From Acidobacteriota bacterium (lineage in GTDB: Bacteria; Acidobacteriota; UBA6911): a stretch of DNA of 64,000 bases. The translations under genes were made by a program, and so were the position numbers. This document shows positions 26,425 to 35,405 of this stretch, piece after piece. Under the pieces are notes generated by a model. It ran no database searches and was not told where the DNA came from. It saw only the letters and a list, made by a program, of their open reading frames with translations. The stretch lies in contig JAAYCX010000059.1 of NCBI GenBank assembly GCA_012729555.1, forward strand, positions 15,588 to 79,587, in the 5' to 3' direction. How positions within the stretch are numbered: the stretch's first letter is position 1; every line of letters begins with the position of its first letter.

Positions 26425-27033
26425 GTGAGCGATTCGTCAAAGCCCGAGCAGGAGCTGCTGGAGAGCGCGCGCAGGGCCGGCGAGGGGGATTACCGCGCGT
26501 TCGAACAGCTGGTGCGCCGCTACCAGAAAAAGGTGATCGCCAATTGCCGCTTCCTGACGCATAGCCCCGACTCCGCCGAGGACCTGGCCCAGGAAGTGTT
26601 CGTGAAGGCCTATTTCGGGCTCGCGCGTTACGAGGGGCGTTCGGCTTTCAGCACCTGGCTGCAGCGCATCAAGATCAACCATTGTTTCAACTACCTGAAG
26701 AAGCAGCGCGGGAAGACCTTCGTCGATATCGAGGACATGCAAACCCGGACCCCGGTCGAGCTGGTGCGACAGCCGGAAGCGGAGCGGGCCCTGATCTCCG
26801 CCGGGCAGCGGGAGCGCATCGTCCAGGTCCTCGACGCGATGCCCGACAGTCTCCGGATCGCCGTGATCCTCCGGGACATGGACCAGATGTCCTACGAGGA
26901 GGTGGCCGGGGCGATGGGCATCAGCCTGGCCGCGGTAAAGATGCGGATCAAGCGGGGGCGCGAAGAGTTCCGGCGCAGGTTCCGAGAGTTGAACGGGGGG
27001 ATGGATCCCGCGTTCGTCCGCCATCAACATTGA
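26425..27033 (+). CDS. ECF-type RNA polymerase sigma-70 family factor
   Basis: ORF 26293..27033. I prefer the GTG 26425 start (GGGGGG upstream, promoter at 26371). Region 2 is EDLAQEVFVKAYFGLARYEGRSAFSTWLQRIKINHCFNYLKK. Region 4 is RDMDQMSYEEVAGAMGISLAAVKMRIKRGREEF. Confidence 0.85.
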   Translation: MSDSSKPEQELLESARRAGEGDYRAFEQLVRRYQKKVIANCRFLTHSPDSAEDLAQEVFVKAYFGLARYEGRSAFSTWLQRIKINHCFNYLKKQRGKTFVDIEDMQTRTPVELVRQPEAERALISAGQRERIVQVLDAMPDSLRIAVILRDMDQMSYEEVAGAMGISLAAVKMRIKRGREEFRRRFRELNGGMDPAFVRHQH

Positions 27034-27049
27034 CCGGTTTCAGGAAACC

Positions 27050-27304
27050 ATGGACTTCGATCCGACTTCCCGCACACCCGGGCCCGATGACGAGGACGAA
27101 CCGATCGAGGCGCTCTCGGAGCTCGGCCTGGAAGCGTCCGGCGGCTTCTGGGCCAGGGTGCGGAAAAAGATCGACCGGCGCGTCTCGGCCGGCCACGTGG
27201 CGTCGTTCGCCTGGGATCTGCCCAGGCTGGTTTTCATCGAATTCCTGGAAATGGTCTTCAGCCTGTTTCCCGCGGCGAAGGACCGAAAAGGAGGCCCCCG
27301 GTGA
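27050..27304 (+). CDS. small protein, candidate anti-sigma factor
   Basis: 84 aa, 16 nt after the sigma gene, with an AGGAAA ribosome-binding site. It has an acidic N-terminus and one hydrophobic C-terminal segment. Its stop overlaps the next start as GTGA. No zf-HC2 motif is present, so the role is inferred from position only. Confidence 0.4.
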   Translation: MDFDPTSRTPGPDDEDEPIEALSELGLEASGGFWARVRKKIDRRVSAGHVASFAWDLPRLVFIEFLEMVFSLFPAAKDRKGGPR

Positions 27305-28104
27305 AAGAGAAACTCGTTGCGTCTTTTCAGGGACTGCTCGACACGGTTGCCGGAGCGGCCCCCAAGGTCCTGCTGGGCATTCTGTTCCTCTTCATCGCCG
27401 TCCTGGTGGCCAAGGGGATCGAGAAGCTGTTGCGGATGCTGCTCGTGCGGGTCCGGCTGGACACCCTGGTGCAGCAGACGGGGCTCGACAGGACGCTCCG
27501 GAGCATCGGGATCCGCCAGAAGCTCGACTTCTTCATCCCCCGCCTGGTGTACTACCTCATCCTCTGCCTCCTGGCCAAGACCCTGGCCGACTCCCTCGGC
27601 CTGACGGCGATTTCGGAGGCGCTCGGGGCCTTCTTCTCCTACCTGCCGAACCTGATCGCGGCGTTCCTGCTCCTGTTGCTCGGCAGCGCCGTTTCCCAGT
27701 TCGTGGGCACCACCGTGCGCCAGGCGGCGGAGAACGCCGGCCTCGACTTCGCCTCGGCGCTCGGGCGCCTCGTCTCGGGCCTCCTTTTCTTCATCATCGC
27801 CGTGATGGCGGTGTCCCAGCTCAAGGTCGACACCGAGATGCTGCGCCTGGTCACGGCCATCGTGCTCGCGGCGGGCGCCCTGGCCTTCGGGATCTCCTTC
27901 GGCCTGGGCGCGCGGGACATCGTCCGCAACATCCTCGCGGGCTTCTACGCCCGCAAATTCCTCGAGGTGGGCAAGCCGCTCGAAATCGTCGGCCAGAAGG
28001 GGACCCTGCGGGCCATCACCGCCACCCACGCCCTCCTCGATTCGGAGGAGCGGAGCATCAGCGTATCCAACTCCCGCCTGCTGGATGAAATCAGCAAGCA
28101 GTAA
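27301..28104 (+). CDS. membrane protein with TM-helix repeats and an MscS-like beta-domain (mechanosensitive-channel-like)
   Basis: Repeated TM units are present (VLLGILFLFIAVLVAKGIEKLL; LIAAFLLLLLGSAVSQFVG; LLFFIIAVMAVSQL; IVLAAGALAFGISFGLGARDIVRNILAGFY). The C-terminus is GKPLEIVGQKGTLRAITATHALLDSEERSISVSNSRLL. Confidence 0.6.
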   Translation: MKEKLVASFQGLLDTVAGAAPKVLLGILFLFIAVLVAKGIEKLLRMLLVRVRLDTLVQQTGLDRTLRSIGIRQKLDFFIPRLVYYLILCLLAKTLADSLGLTAISEALGAFFSYLPNLIAAFLLLLLGSAVSQFVGTTVRQAAENAGLDFASALGRLVSGLLFFIIAVMAVSQLKVDTEMLRLVTAIVLAAGALAFGISFGLGARDIVRNILAGFYARKFLEVGKPLEIVGQKGTLRAITATHALLDSEERSISVSNSRLLDEISKQ

Positions 28105-28114
28105 GGGGGCGGTT

Positions 28115-28145
28115 CCGGGAGGGCGGCGGGGGCCCGCCCTCCCGG
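28115..28145 (+). terminator. GC-rich hairpin after the ECF operon
   Basis: CCGGGAGGGCGG-cgggggc-CCGCCCTCCCGG is a perfect 12-bp stem starting 11 nt after the stop at 28104. No U-tract. Confidence 0.45.
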
Positions 28146-28269
28146 CCCCTCCCGCGCCTGCCGCACCATGGCGCTAGGGAAAACGGCCGGAGTCTGCTAT
28201 AACGGTTCGGAATTTTTCCCGGGCGGGCGGACGCCCTGAGGCCCGCGAGACCCGGCGGAAAGGAAGACC

Positions 28270-29487
28270 ATGACGGGCGCCGTCCCCATCTCGGAATCGA
28301 CTGAAAGGCCCCCCCCCTACGCGTGGACCATCCTCCTGGTGCTGTGCGTCGCCAGCGTGGCATCCTCGCTCAACCAGTTCAAGGTGCCGCCGGTCCTGCC
28401 CGTCCTGATCCGGGATTTCCACCTGAGCCTCGGCAACGCCGGCATGCTGATGTCGGCCTTCTCGGTGACCGGCCTGCTCCTGGCCCTGCCGGCAGGCTTC
28501 ATTTTGCAGCGCCTGGGCCCCAAGGCCACCGGCCTGATCGCGGTGGGCGCCGTCTCCTTCGGCTCGGTCCTCGGGACGTTCAGCGCCACGGTGCCCCTGA
28601 TGCTGGCCAGCCGCTTCATCGAGGGGGCGGGCCTCGGCCTGATCACCATCGTGGCGCCGGCCGCCATCGCCCTCTGGTTCCCGGAGGCGCGGCGCGGCAC
28701 CCCCCTGGGGATATGGACGACGTGCATGCCTTTCGGGAACATCCTCACCCTCAACCTGGCGCCCTGGCTCTCTTCGCTCGGCGGCTGGCAGCTGGTGTGG
28801 AAGGTCGGCGCGCTCTTTTCCCTGGCCGCCTTCGTCCTCTTCTGGTTCCTTTTCCGCATGCCCGGTCAGCAGGCGGCAGGCGCGAAACCCCAGGACCGCG
28901 GGGAGGGCGGCGTCCTGTCGGGCTACGGGAGGGCGATGCTGAACCTCGCCCTCTGGCTGATCGCCCTGCAGTTCGTCTGCTACAACGTGGTCTGCCTGGC
29001 GCTCGGCACCTATTTCCCCACCTTCCTCAATTCGGTCCGCGGGTATCCGTTGTCGACGGCCGCCTTCATCGTCAGCCTGAGCACGATCACGGCCCTGTTT
29101 TCGCAACCCCTCGGCGGCTGGCTCTCCGACCGGCTGGGGATGCGCCGGCGCCTGATAGCGGTCTCCTCGCTCCTCATGGCCCCGATCTGCTTCTCTCTCT
29201 TCCTGGCGACCGGGTGGCTGGTCCCGGCCCTGATGATCACCTTCGGCCTCGTGGCCGGGACCATCGTGCCGGCGACTTTCGCCGCCGTGCCGGAAGTGAT
29301 GGCGTCGCGCCGGATGGCGGGTTCGGGGATGGCGGTGCTGGCCCTGGGTCAGAACCTGGGGATGTTCGTCGGCCCGATCCTCTTCGGGAAACTGGCGGAC
29401 GCGGCCGGCTGGACGGGGGCCGGGTTCATGCTGGTCCCGGTGTGCGTCCTCGCCGCCGCCGCCGTCTGGCTGGCAAGATTCCGCTGA
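28270..29487 (+). CDS. MFS transporter
   Basis: About 12 hydrophobic helices. The loop 2-3 motif is GFILQRLGPK. A GGAAAGGAAG ribosome-binding site is present. Confidence 0.8.
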   Translation: MTGAVPISESTERPPPYAWTILLVLCVASVASSLNQFKVPPVLPVLIRDFHLSLGNAGMLMSAFSVTGLLLALPAGFILQRLGPKATGLIAVGAVSFGSVLGTFSATVPLMLASRFIEGAGLGLITIVAPAAIALWFPEARRGTPLGIWTTCMPFGNILTLNLAPWLSSLGGWQLVWKVGALFSLAAFVLFWFLFRMPGQQAAGAKPQDRGEGGVLSGYGRAMLNLALWLIALQFVCYNVVCLALGTYFPTFLNSVRGYPLSTAAFIVSLSTITALFSQPLGGWLSDRLGMRRRLIAVSSLLMAPICFSLFLATGWLVPALMITFGLVAGTIVPATFAAVPEVMASRRMAGSGMAVLALGQNLGMFVGPILFGKLADAAGWTGAGFMLVPVCVLAAAAVWLARFR

Positions 29488-29524
29488 CCCGGGTGCGCGT
29501 CCATGACGACGCGCGGAGATCATC

Positions 29525-31459
29525 ATGGGCAAGAAACCGGTTTTCCTCGGCTTGTTTCTCATCCTCCTCGCTTCTCCCCTGGCGGCGAGGGTCGAACTGC
29601 CGCCGCTCCTCGGCGACGGCGCCGTGATCCAGCGCGGGGAGCCCGTCGTCGTGTGGGGGTGGAGCGAGCCCGGGGCGGAGGTCACGGTCCGCTTCGCGGG
29701 AGAGGCCCGGACCGTGCACGGCGACGGGCGGGGCGCCTGGCGCGCGGAGTTCGCGGCGCGGGAAGCGGGTGGGCCCCATGCGCTCGAAATCAGCTCCGGC
29801 GCCGAGACCTTGTCCGTCAGGGACATCCTGGTCGGCGACGTGTGGCTCTGCTCCGGCCAGTCCAACATGGAGTGGGTGCTGCGTAACGCCGAGGGCGCGG
29901 CCGAAGATATCGCAGCATCGGAAAACACGAACATCCGCCACTTCCTCGTCCCCCACTCCTGGGCCGCTCTCCCGTCCGACCGGCTGGCGGGCGGAAGCTG
30001 GAAGGCCGCGCACCCGGCGTCCGCGGGGGATTTCACGGCGATCGGCTATTACTTCGCCCGCAGGGTCCAGGCGGAGACCGGGCTCCCGATCGGCCTCCTC
30101 CACTCCTCCTGGGGCGGGGCCAACATCGAGTCGTGGATGAGCCCCGAAGCGCTGGGCGAGAGCCCGGAGGAGTCCCATGCGCGCATCGGCCGACTGGAGG
30201 CCGAGGCCGAAAAGCGCGCGGCCGCCCTCCGGGAGAAGTTCCGCCGCTGGCCCGGCGCGGTCACCGACGGGGTGGAAGCGGCCGCCGCCGACTGGAGCGC
30301 CGCCATCCTGGACGAAAGCGGCTGGATGGAGCTTTCGGCGCCGATGCTCTGGGAGAGCCAGGGATTCGACGGCGTCGACGGCGTCGTCTGGTACCGGAAG
30401 AAGTTTTCCCTCGATGCCCGCCAGGCGTCCGGCGGCGTCCGGCTCCACCTGGCCCGGATCGACGACAGCGACACGACCTGGGTCAACGGGCACAGGGTCG
30501 GCGCGACGGAGCGGTACGACCAGGTCCGCAGCTACGCGGTCCCGGCGGAATTCCTGCAGCCGGGAGACAACGTGATCGCCGTCCGCGTCACGGACACCGG
30601 CGGGGGGGGCGGGATCTATTCCGATGCCGGCCTGCTTTACGTCGAGGCCCCGGACGGGGCAAGAATCCCGCTGGCGGGAAAATGGAAAGCGAGGCCCGAC
30701 AGGGTCACGATCCCGGCCGAGATCAACGCCAACCACACCCCGAGCGCACTCTACAACAAGATGATCCACCCGCTCATCCCCTTCCCCGTCAAAGGGGTGC
30801 TCTGGTACCAGGGGGAATCGAACGCCGACGACGCCGGGGAGGCGGTCCGGTACCGGGAGCAGTTCAAAAATTTCATCACCGACCTGCGCCGGCTCTGGCG
30901 CCGGCCCGGACTGGCGTTCTACTGGGTGCAGCTGGCCAACTGGATCTCGGGAGGAGACACCCCGGACTCGAGCCCATGGGCGCTGCTGCGCGAGGCCCAG
31001 ACCGCGGCCCTGGAGCTTCCGAACACGGGACAGGCCGTCACCATCGATATCGGCGACCCCCGCGACATCCACCCGAAAGACAAGAAAACGGTCGGCACGC
31101 GCCTGGCCCTGATCGCGCTCCATAAAACCTACGGCAAAACGGACGTCGGTTATGTCGGCCCGCTCCCGGAAAAGGCCACGAGCGAGGGGGCGGCCGTCCG
31201 CATCGGGTTCAGCTCCGCGGCGCCCGCACCCGCCGCGCGCGGAGGCGCGCCCCTTCTGGGCTTCGAGCTGGCGGGGAAGGACGGGAAGCACGCGCCGGCC
31301 GACGCCAGGATCGAGGGACGCACCGTGGTCGTCGCCAGCCCCGCCGTCCCGCGCCCGGTGTCGGTGCGCTACGCCTGGAAGGACAATCCCGAAGACGCCA
31401 ACCTGGCCGGGGACAACGGCCTCCCCGCCGGTCCCTTCAGGATGACGCTGACCGATTAG
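29525..31459 (+). CDS. SASA-family (sialate O-acetylesterase-like, SGNH-type) carbohydrate esterase, secreted
   Basis: Has a signal peptide. GDVWLCSGQSNME is the GQSNM catalytic block. WGGANIESW and GVLWYQGESN are also present, with a central beta-sandwich insert. Confidence 0.8.
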   Translation: MGKKPVFLGLFLILLASPLAARVELPPLLGDGAVIQRGEPVVVWGWSEPGAEVTVRFAGEARTVHGDGRGAWRAEFAAREAGGPHALEISSGAETLSVRDILVGDVWLCSGQSNMEWVLRNAEGAAEDIAASENTNIRHFLVPHSWAALPSDRLAGGSWKAAHPASAGDFTAIGYYFARRVQAETGLPIGLLHSSWGGANIESWMSPEALGESPEESHARIGRLEAEAEKRAAALREKFRRWPGAVTDGVEAAAADWSAAILDESGWMELSAPMLWESQGFDGVDGVVWYRKKFSLDARQASGGVRLHLARIDDSDTTWVNGHRVGATERYDQVRSYAVPAEFLQPGDNVIAVRVTDTGGGGGIYSDAGLLYVEAPDGARIPLAGKWKARPDRVTIPAEINANHTPSALYNKMIHPLIPFPVKGVLWYQGESNADDAGEAVRYREQFKNFITDLRRLWRRPGLAFYWVQLANWISGGDTPDSSPWALLREAQTAALELPNTGQAVTIDIGDPRDIHPKDKKTVGTRLALIALHKTYGKTDVGYVGPLPEKATSEGAAVRIGFSSAAPAPAARGGAPLLGFELAGKDGKHAPADARIEGRTVVVASPAVPRPVSVRYAWKDNPEDANLAGDNGLPAGPFRMTLTD

Positions 31460-31471
31460 GGGCGCCCCTGT

Positions 31472-31885
31472 CTAGGCCCTCAGGGTGCGCCAGGTGAGCC
31501 AGCCGGAGAGGCCGAGCGCAAGAGCGGCGGACACCCAGGCTACTGCCAGGGGATCGGGATCGCGCAAAACGACCATGCTCAGGACCGCCGTCACCGCTCC
31601 CAGCGTCACCGGACCGAAAAAATCACCGGGCTCCAGCCGGACCCTGCCTCCCACCGTCGAAGGAGTGGACCGCCGCACCGCCAGGCCCTGTCGACCCACA
31701 CGTTCGCCGAATCCGGGGGGGGGCTGCCATGAAGGTTGCTCCTCCAGCGTCCGGTCGATCCGGGCATAGAGCGCCTGCACCTCCCTGCACTCCGGACATC
31801 GGGCCAGATGGGTGCGGACCCGGGGGGACAGCCTCCCGGCCCGGGGGTCAAGAGCCAGTTCTTTCTGAACGTGTCTGCATCGCAT
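31472..31885 (-). CDS. anti-sigma factor (zf-HC2 type) with a C-terminal TM segment
   Basis: THLARCPECREV is H-x3-C-x2-C. It has hydrophobic C-terminal helices. It overlaps the upstream ECF sigma gene by 38 nt. Confidence 0.75.
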   Translation of the reverse strand: MRCRHVQKELALDPRAGRLSPRVRTHLARCPECREVQALYARIDRTLEEQPSWQPPPGFGERVGRQGLAVRRSTPSTVGGRVRLEPGDFFGPVTLGAVTAVLSMVVLRDPDPLAVAWVSAALALGLSGWLTWRTLRA

Positions 31886-32429
31886 AAAGGATCTTTTCCT
31901 TCAGCATCTTCTTGCCGCGAAAAACATGGGTTTTCAAGGTACCCGGCGGTATACCCATCATGGCCGCGACCGTGCGGCCATCCAGTTCCTCCATCGCCGT
32001 GTACTGGAGGGCCAGCCGGTAGGTTTCCGGCAGCCGCGCCATTTCCCGCCGAACCAGGGCCCCCATTTCCTCCTGCGCCAGTTCGTCCTCCGGGGTGGGA
32101 AGATCCGCGGCGAACCCCCCATGGAATTCCGGTTGGTCAGGGAGCGCTTCCTCGCGCCGCCTGGAGCATCGGCGCAGGTGATCGATCGCCACGCGGTGGG
32201 CGATCGTGTAGATCCAGGTGGACAGCTTTCCCCGGCTGTCGAAATACGCGAGGGCCCGAAACACCCTCAGGAAGGTCTCCTGGGCCAGGTCCTCGACGAC
32301 CCCGTCGTCCCCCGTAGCCCGCCATATCACCGTCCCGACCATGCGCGCATAGTCATTCACGAGCCGCGCGGCCGCCGCCTGGTCGCCCGACAGGACCTCG
32401 TCGACCAGCGCCTGCTCGTTATCGTCCAC
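31848..32429 (-). CDS. ECF-type RNA polymerase sigma factor
   Basis: GTG start at 32429. Region 2 is EDLAQETFLRVFRALAYFDSRGKLSTWIYTIAHRVAIDHLRR. Region 4 is ELDGRTVAAMMGIPPGTLKTHVFRGKKML. Confidence 0.85.
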   Translation of the reverse strand: MDDNEQALVDEVLSGDQAAAARLVNDYARMVGTVIWRATGDDGVVEDLAQETFLRVFRALAYFDSRGKLSTWIYTIAHRVAIDHLRRCSRRREEALPDQPEFHGGFAADLPTPEDELAQEEMGALVRREMARLPETYRLALQYTAMEELDGRTVAAMMGIPPGTLKTHVFRGKKMLKEKILYAMQTRSERTGS

Positions 32430-32455
32430 GGCATCCCGTCCCGGCCATATCCCAT

Positions 32456-32483
32456 GATACGCCCGTGGCGGCGGCCGGTTTCA
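32456..32483 (-). promoter_or_regulatory. ECF (sigmaW-like) promoter upstream of the ECF sigma gene
   Basis: The minus strand reads TGAAAC (32483..32478), 16 nt, then CGTATC (32461..32456). This matches the TGAAAC-N16-CGTA consensus known for Bacillus sigmaW-type ECF promoters. It lies about 27 nt upstream of the GTG start. Confidence 0.5.
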
Positions 32484-32492
32484 ACCGATTGT

Positions 32493-32519
32493 TGAAACCG
32501 CCGCGCGGATCGCGTCGTC
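32493..32519 (+). promoter_or_regulatory. ECF-type promoter for the divergent small membrane protein gene
   Basis: The plus strand reads TGAAAC (32493..32498), 17 nt, then CGTC (32516..32519). Its -35 element is the other arm of the 9-bp palindrome GGTTTCAAC-cgatt-GTTGAAACC (32477..32499). Confidence 0.4.
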
Positions 32520-32571
32520 GTATGGAGTTGCGGGGGACAGTGAACAATCGGAATATCGAAAAGGAGAGATC

Positions 32572-32964
32572 ATGCCCATCGAAACATTGGCACCGCCGTT
32601 TGGAGAAATCATTCCGATCGTGGCCATCGTGTTCGGAATCGGGGTGGCTTTCTGGGCCATCTACTGGGATTACCGGGGCAAACAATTGAAGTACCGCGAA
32701 CGCGAACTGATGATCGAGCGCGGGATGACGCCGCCCGAAATCGAACCCGTCAAGAAACCTCTGACAGCGGAGACCTGCCTGCGCCGGGGACTGATCCTGC
32801 TGTTTCTCGGGATGGGGTTCGGCGCCGTCACCGTGATCAGTCACTATTCCGGAGGAAGCGCCTCCTTCGGGGCGCTGTTCGCCACGGCCGCCTGTATCGT
32901 CGGATTCCTGGGGATCGGGTTCCTCGTCTACTGGGCCGTCGCCAGGAAAGGGGCTTCCCGGTAA
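32572..32964 (+). CDS. small integral membrane protein
   Basis: Has an AAGGAGAG ribosome-binding site. About three TM helices are separated by a charged linker (KQLKYRERELMIERGMTPPEIE). Confidence 0.6.
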   Translation: MPIETLAPPFGEIIPIVAIVFGIGVAFWAIYWDYRGKQLKYRERELMIERGMTPPEIEPVKKPLTAETCLRRGLILLFLGMGFGAVTVISHYSGGSASFGALFATAACIVGFLGIGFLVYWAVARKGASR

Positions 32965-32988
32965 AGGGGAAAAGCGGCGGATTTTGCC

Positions 32989-34635
32989 TTACACCGGCGC
33001 GGTGAATTCCATGTCGGCGGCGCGGCGCGGGAGTGTTCCCCGGATGATCCGGGCGAGGATGCCGTTGACGACCAGGGCGGCGGCCAGCCAGGCGGAGTAC
33101 CCCGCGTAGCCTCCATACCCGACCGCGGTGACGATCCCCATGGGAACGCACATCACGATGATCGACAGGATGACCAGGACGAAGATATAAAGGGTGCGCT
33201 GCCCCGTTTTCGGCGGCTGGGAAAACGGGATGCGCGGATACATGAGGGTCAGGATCCTGGTCTGGATCACCATGATGGAGTAGATCACCAGGCAGTGCAG
33301 CACGGCGTGCAGGGCGCTGCCGAAATACCAGGTGAAGATGCCGGCCAGCAGAAGGGTGAAGGGGAGGCAGAACCAGACCAGGGCGTACCGGGCCGGGGAA
33401 AGGATGATGCGCGCCCGGTCGGCGGGCGAGGCGTAGAACACCCAGGCGCTGCGGTAGGCGTCGCTGTTCACGGTCCCGAGAGTGATCATGTAGGGGAACA
33501 GCGCCGCGGCGATATAGAGCAGGGAGCCCCCGGCCGCCGCATCCCCCGGCGGCCCCAGGAACGGGTCGGGCGTCATCCTCCCTTCCGAGACGGCGAGAAA
33601 CACGTAAATGGCCGTAAGGGGGACTATCGACAGGATCGACATCTTGAAGCGGTTGTCGTATTTGAACTGCTTCCGGATCAGCGTCCAGACGGCCCGGTCC
33701 TCGCTCGCCGCGACGAGGCCGAGCAGGCGGGAACCCCACCCGCTTCCCCCGCTCTTTCTGAGCGGCTCGTCCCGCCCGACCGTGTCGGCCAGCGTTCCCG
33801 CATACTCGAGCGACAGTTTGGACATGGCGGCCCGGAAGGCCGCCGCCAGGAGCAGGAGGGCGAACAGGGAGGCAGCGGCGTCCCTCGGGGCGGCTTCCCC
33901 CGCCAGGAGCTTGACGATGGCCGCGAACCACGCCGGCGGCGCCAGGTAGACCCAGCCGGAACCGAATCCGGGAATGGCCGACAGGGCGCGCCCCTCGAGC
34001 AGCCTCGGCGCGACGAAGTATCCGAGGTACACGACGAGCGTCAGCGCCAGGTTCGCGTATGCCAGCACCCGCTGCATCGCCTCCCGGTCGACGATCCTCA
34101 GCAGGAGGGCGTACAGGAGCACCAGCGACAGTCCCATGGCGGTCGCGGCCAGCGCCCCCGCGGCCAGGAACCCGGGAAGGAGGAGCGGGTTCCGGTTGGC
34201 GACGGCCGAGGCGATCGCCGGCGGCAGGTAGAGGAGCAGACCGAGCGCGTTGACGTAGGCGAGGAGGTGGATCATCTTCGCGGCGAAGAAGGTCTTCGAA
34301 CCGACGGGGAGGGCGGCGATGATGGGATAGTCGTCCGGGCGCAGGATCAGGTTGGAAAATTCGAGCAGCACGGTCATGGTCAGAAAGACCGCCATAGTGG
34401 AAAAGACGAGGAAGGCGGCCGTGAAGGGCTCCCGGACGACGAAGACCACGGCGCCGAGGCCCAGCCCGATGAAGAGCTTGAGCGCCATGACCGCCAGGAT
34501 CGGCGGCACTTTCCCCGACCCGCCCCCGGACGGGTCCATCGGGTTCCCGGAACCGCGCAGGTCGGTCTTCCAGGCCGCGCGGAGGAGCGCCTGCAGTTGC
34601 CGCCGGTCGATTCTCGACTCCGACAGGGCGCTCAT
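32989..34635 (-). CDS. polytopic ABC-transporter permease (unclassified)
   Basis: ORF 32989..35112. The start is ATG 34635, overlapping the ATPase stop as ATGA. About 548 aa with at least 10 hydrophobic helices. The upstream part of the ORF is an off-frame read-through of the ATPase gene. Confidence 0.65.
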   Translation of the reverse strand: MSALSESRIDRRQLQALLRAAWKTDLRGSGNPMDPSGGGSGKVPPILAVMALKLFIGLGLGAVVFVVREPFTAAFLVFSTMAVFLTMTVLLEFSNLILRPDDYPIIAALPVGSKTFFAAKMIHLLAYVNALGLLLYLPPAIASAVANRNPLLLPGFLAAGALAATAMGLSLVLLYALLLRIVDREAMQRVLAYANLALTLVVYLGYFVAPRLLEGRALSAIPGFGSGWVYLAPPAWFAAIVKLLAGEAAPRDAAASLFALLLLAAAFRAAMSKLSLEYAGTLADTVGRDEPLRKSGGSGWGSRLLGLVAASEDRAVWTLIRKQFKYDNRFKMSILSIVPLTAIYVFLAVSEGRMTPDPFLGPPGDAAAGGSLLYIAAALFPYMITLGTVNSDAYRSAWVFYASPADRARIILSPARYALVWFCLPFTLLLAGIFTWYFGSALHAVLHCLVIYSIMVIQTRILTLMYPRIPFSQPPKTGQRTLYIFVLVILSIIVMCVPMGIVTAVGYGGYAGYSAWLAAALVVNGILARIIRGTLPRRAADMEFTAPV

Positions 34636-35405
34636 GGTTCCCGGCCCCCGATGGCGTCCAGGATCCCGAGCGCCTGCGACTCGATGTCCACGGCCCCCGT
34701 CAGCCGGCTGAAGGCGCCGCCGAGGCTGTCCGTTTCCGTCCCGGCCATGATCTCGCCCGGCGTCCCCTCGATCATCTTGCGGCCCCGGTGGAGGATCATC
34801 AGGCGGTCGCACAACCGCTCCACCACCTCCAGGATGTGGGAGCAGAAGATCACGATGCGCCGGTCGCGGACGAATTCGCGGATCAGCCGGCGGATCACCG
34901 ACTGGACGTTGGCGTCGAGCCCCGACATCGGCTCGTCCAGGATCAGCACCCGCGGGTTGTGGATGATGGCGCCGGCCAGCAGCAGCCGCTGCTTCATCCC
35001 CTTGGAATACCCGGCGATGCGCTTGTCGGCGGCATCGGCGAGTTCGAGCGCGCCCAGCAGCCGTCTCGCCTGCCCGTCGATCCTGCCCGCATCCATGTGA
35101 TGCAGGTGGCACACCATCTCCAGGTGCTCCCGCCCGGTCAGGTTCTCGTAGAGGGCGCTCGACTCGGGAACGTACCCGAGGTCGGCTTTCACCTCGAGCG
35201 AGCGGCCGACCGCGTCGAGGCCGTTGACGGAGATGGTGCCCGCGTCGGGCCGGAGCATGCCGATCATCATCTTGACGATGGTCGTCTTTCCGGCCCCGTT
35301 GGGGCCGAGGAGCCCGAAGATCTCCCCGTCCGCGATTTCGAAAGAGACGTCGTCGACGGCCTTGAGCCGCCCGTAACTTTTTGCCAGGCCGGATATCGTG
35401 ATCAT
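34632..35405 (-). CDS. ABC transporter ATP-binding protein
   Basis: Walker A is GPNGAGKTT. The signature motif is YSKGMKQRL. Walker B is VLILDEPMSGLD. Confidence 0.9.
   Translation of the reverse strand: MITISGLAKSYGRLKAVDDVSFEIADGEIFGLLGPNGAGKTTIVKMMIGMLRPDAGTISVNGLDAVGRSLEVKADLGYVPESSALYENLTGREHLEMVCHLHHMDAGRIDGQARRLLGALELADAADKRIAGYSKGMKQRLLLAGAIIHNPRVLILDEPMSGLDANVQSVIRRLIREFVRDRRIVIFCSHILEVVERLCDRLMILHRGRKMIEGTPGEIMAGTETDSLGGAFSRLTGAVDIESQALGILDAIGGREP

Noticed and set aside
27036-27049. GGTTTC-ag-GAAACC palindrome between the first ECF sigma gene and the small downstream gene
   Set aside because: The loop is too short for an RNA hairpin, and no CGT-type -10 element lies at the proper distance. 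It is probably coincidental or overlaps the ribosome-binding site.
28174-31291. Two minus-strand ORFs of ~620 aa (28174..30036 and 29426..31291) antisense to the MFS and SASA esterase genes
   Set aside because: Their composition is extreme in R/G/P/E/D, they overlap each other and the supported plus-strand genes, and they have no motifs.
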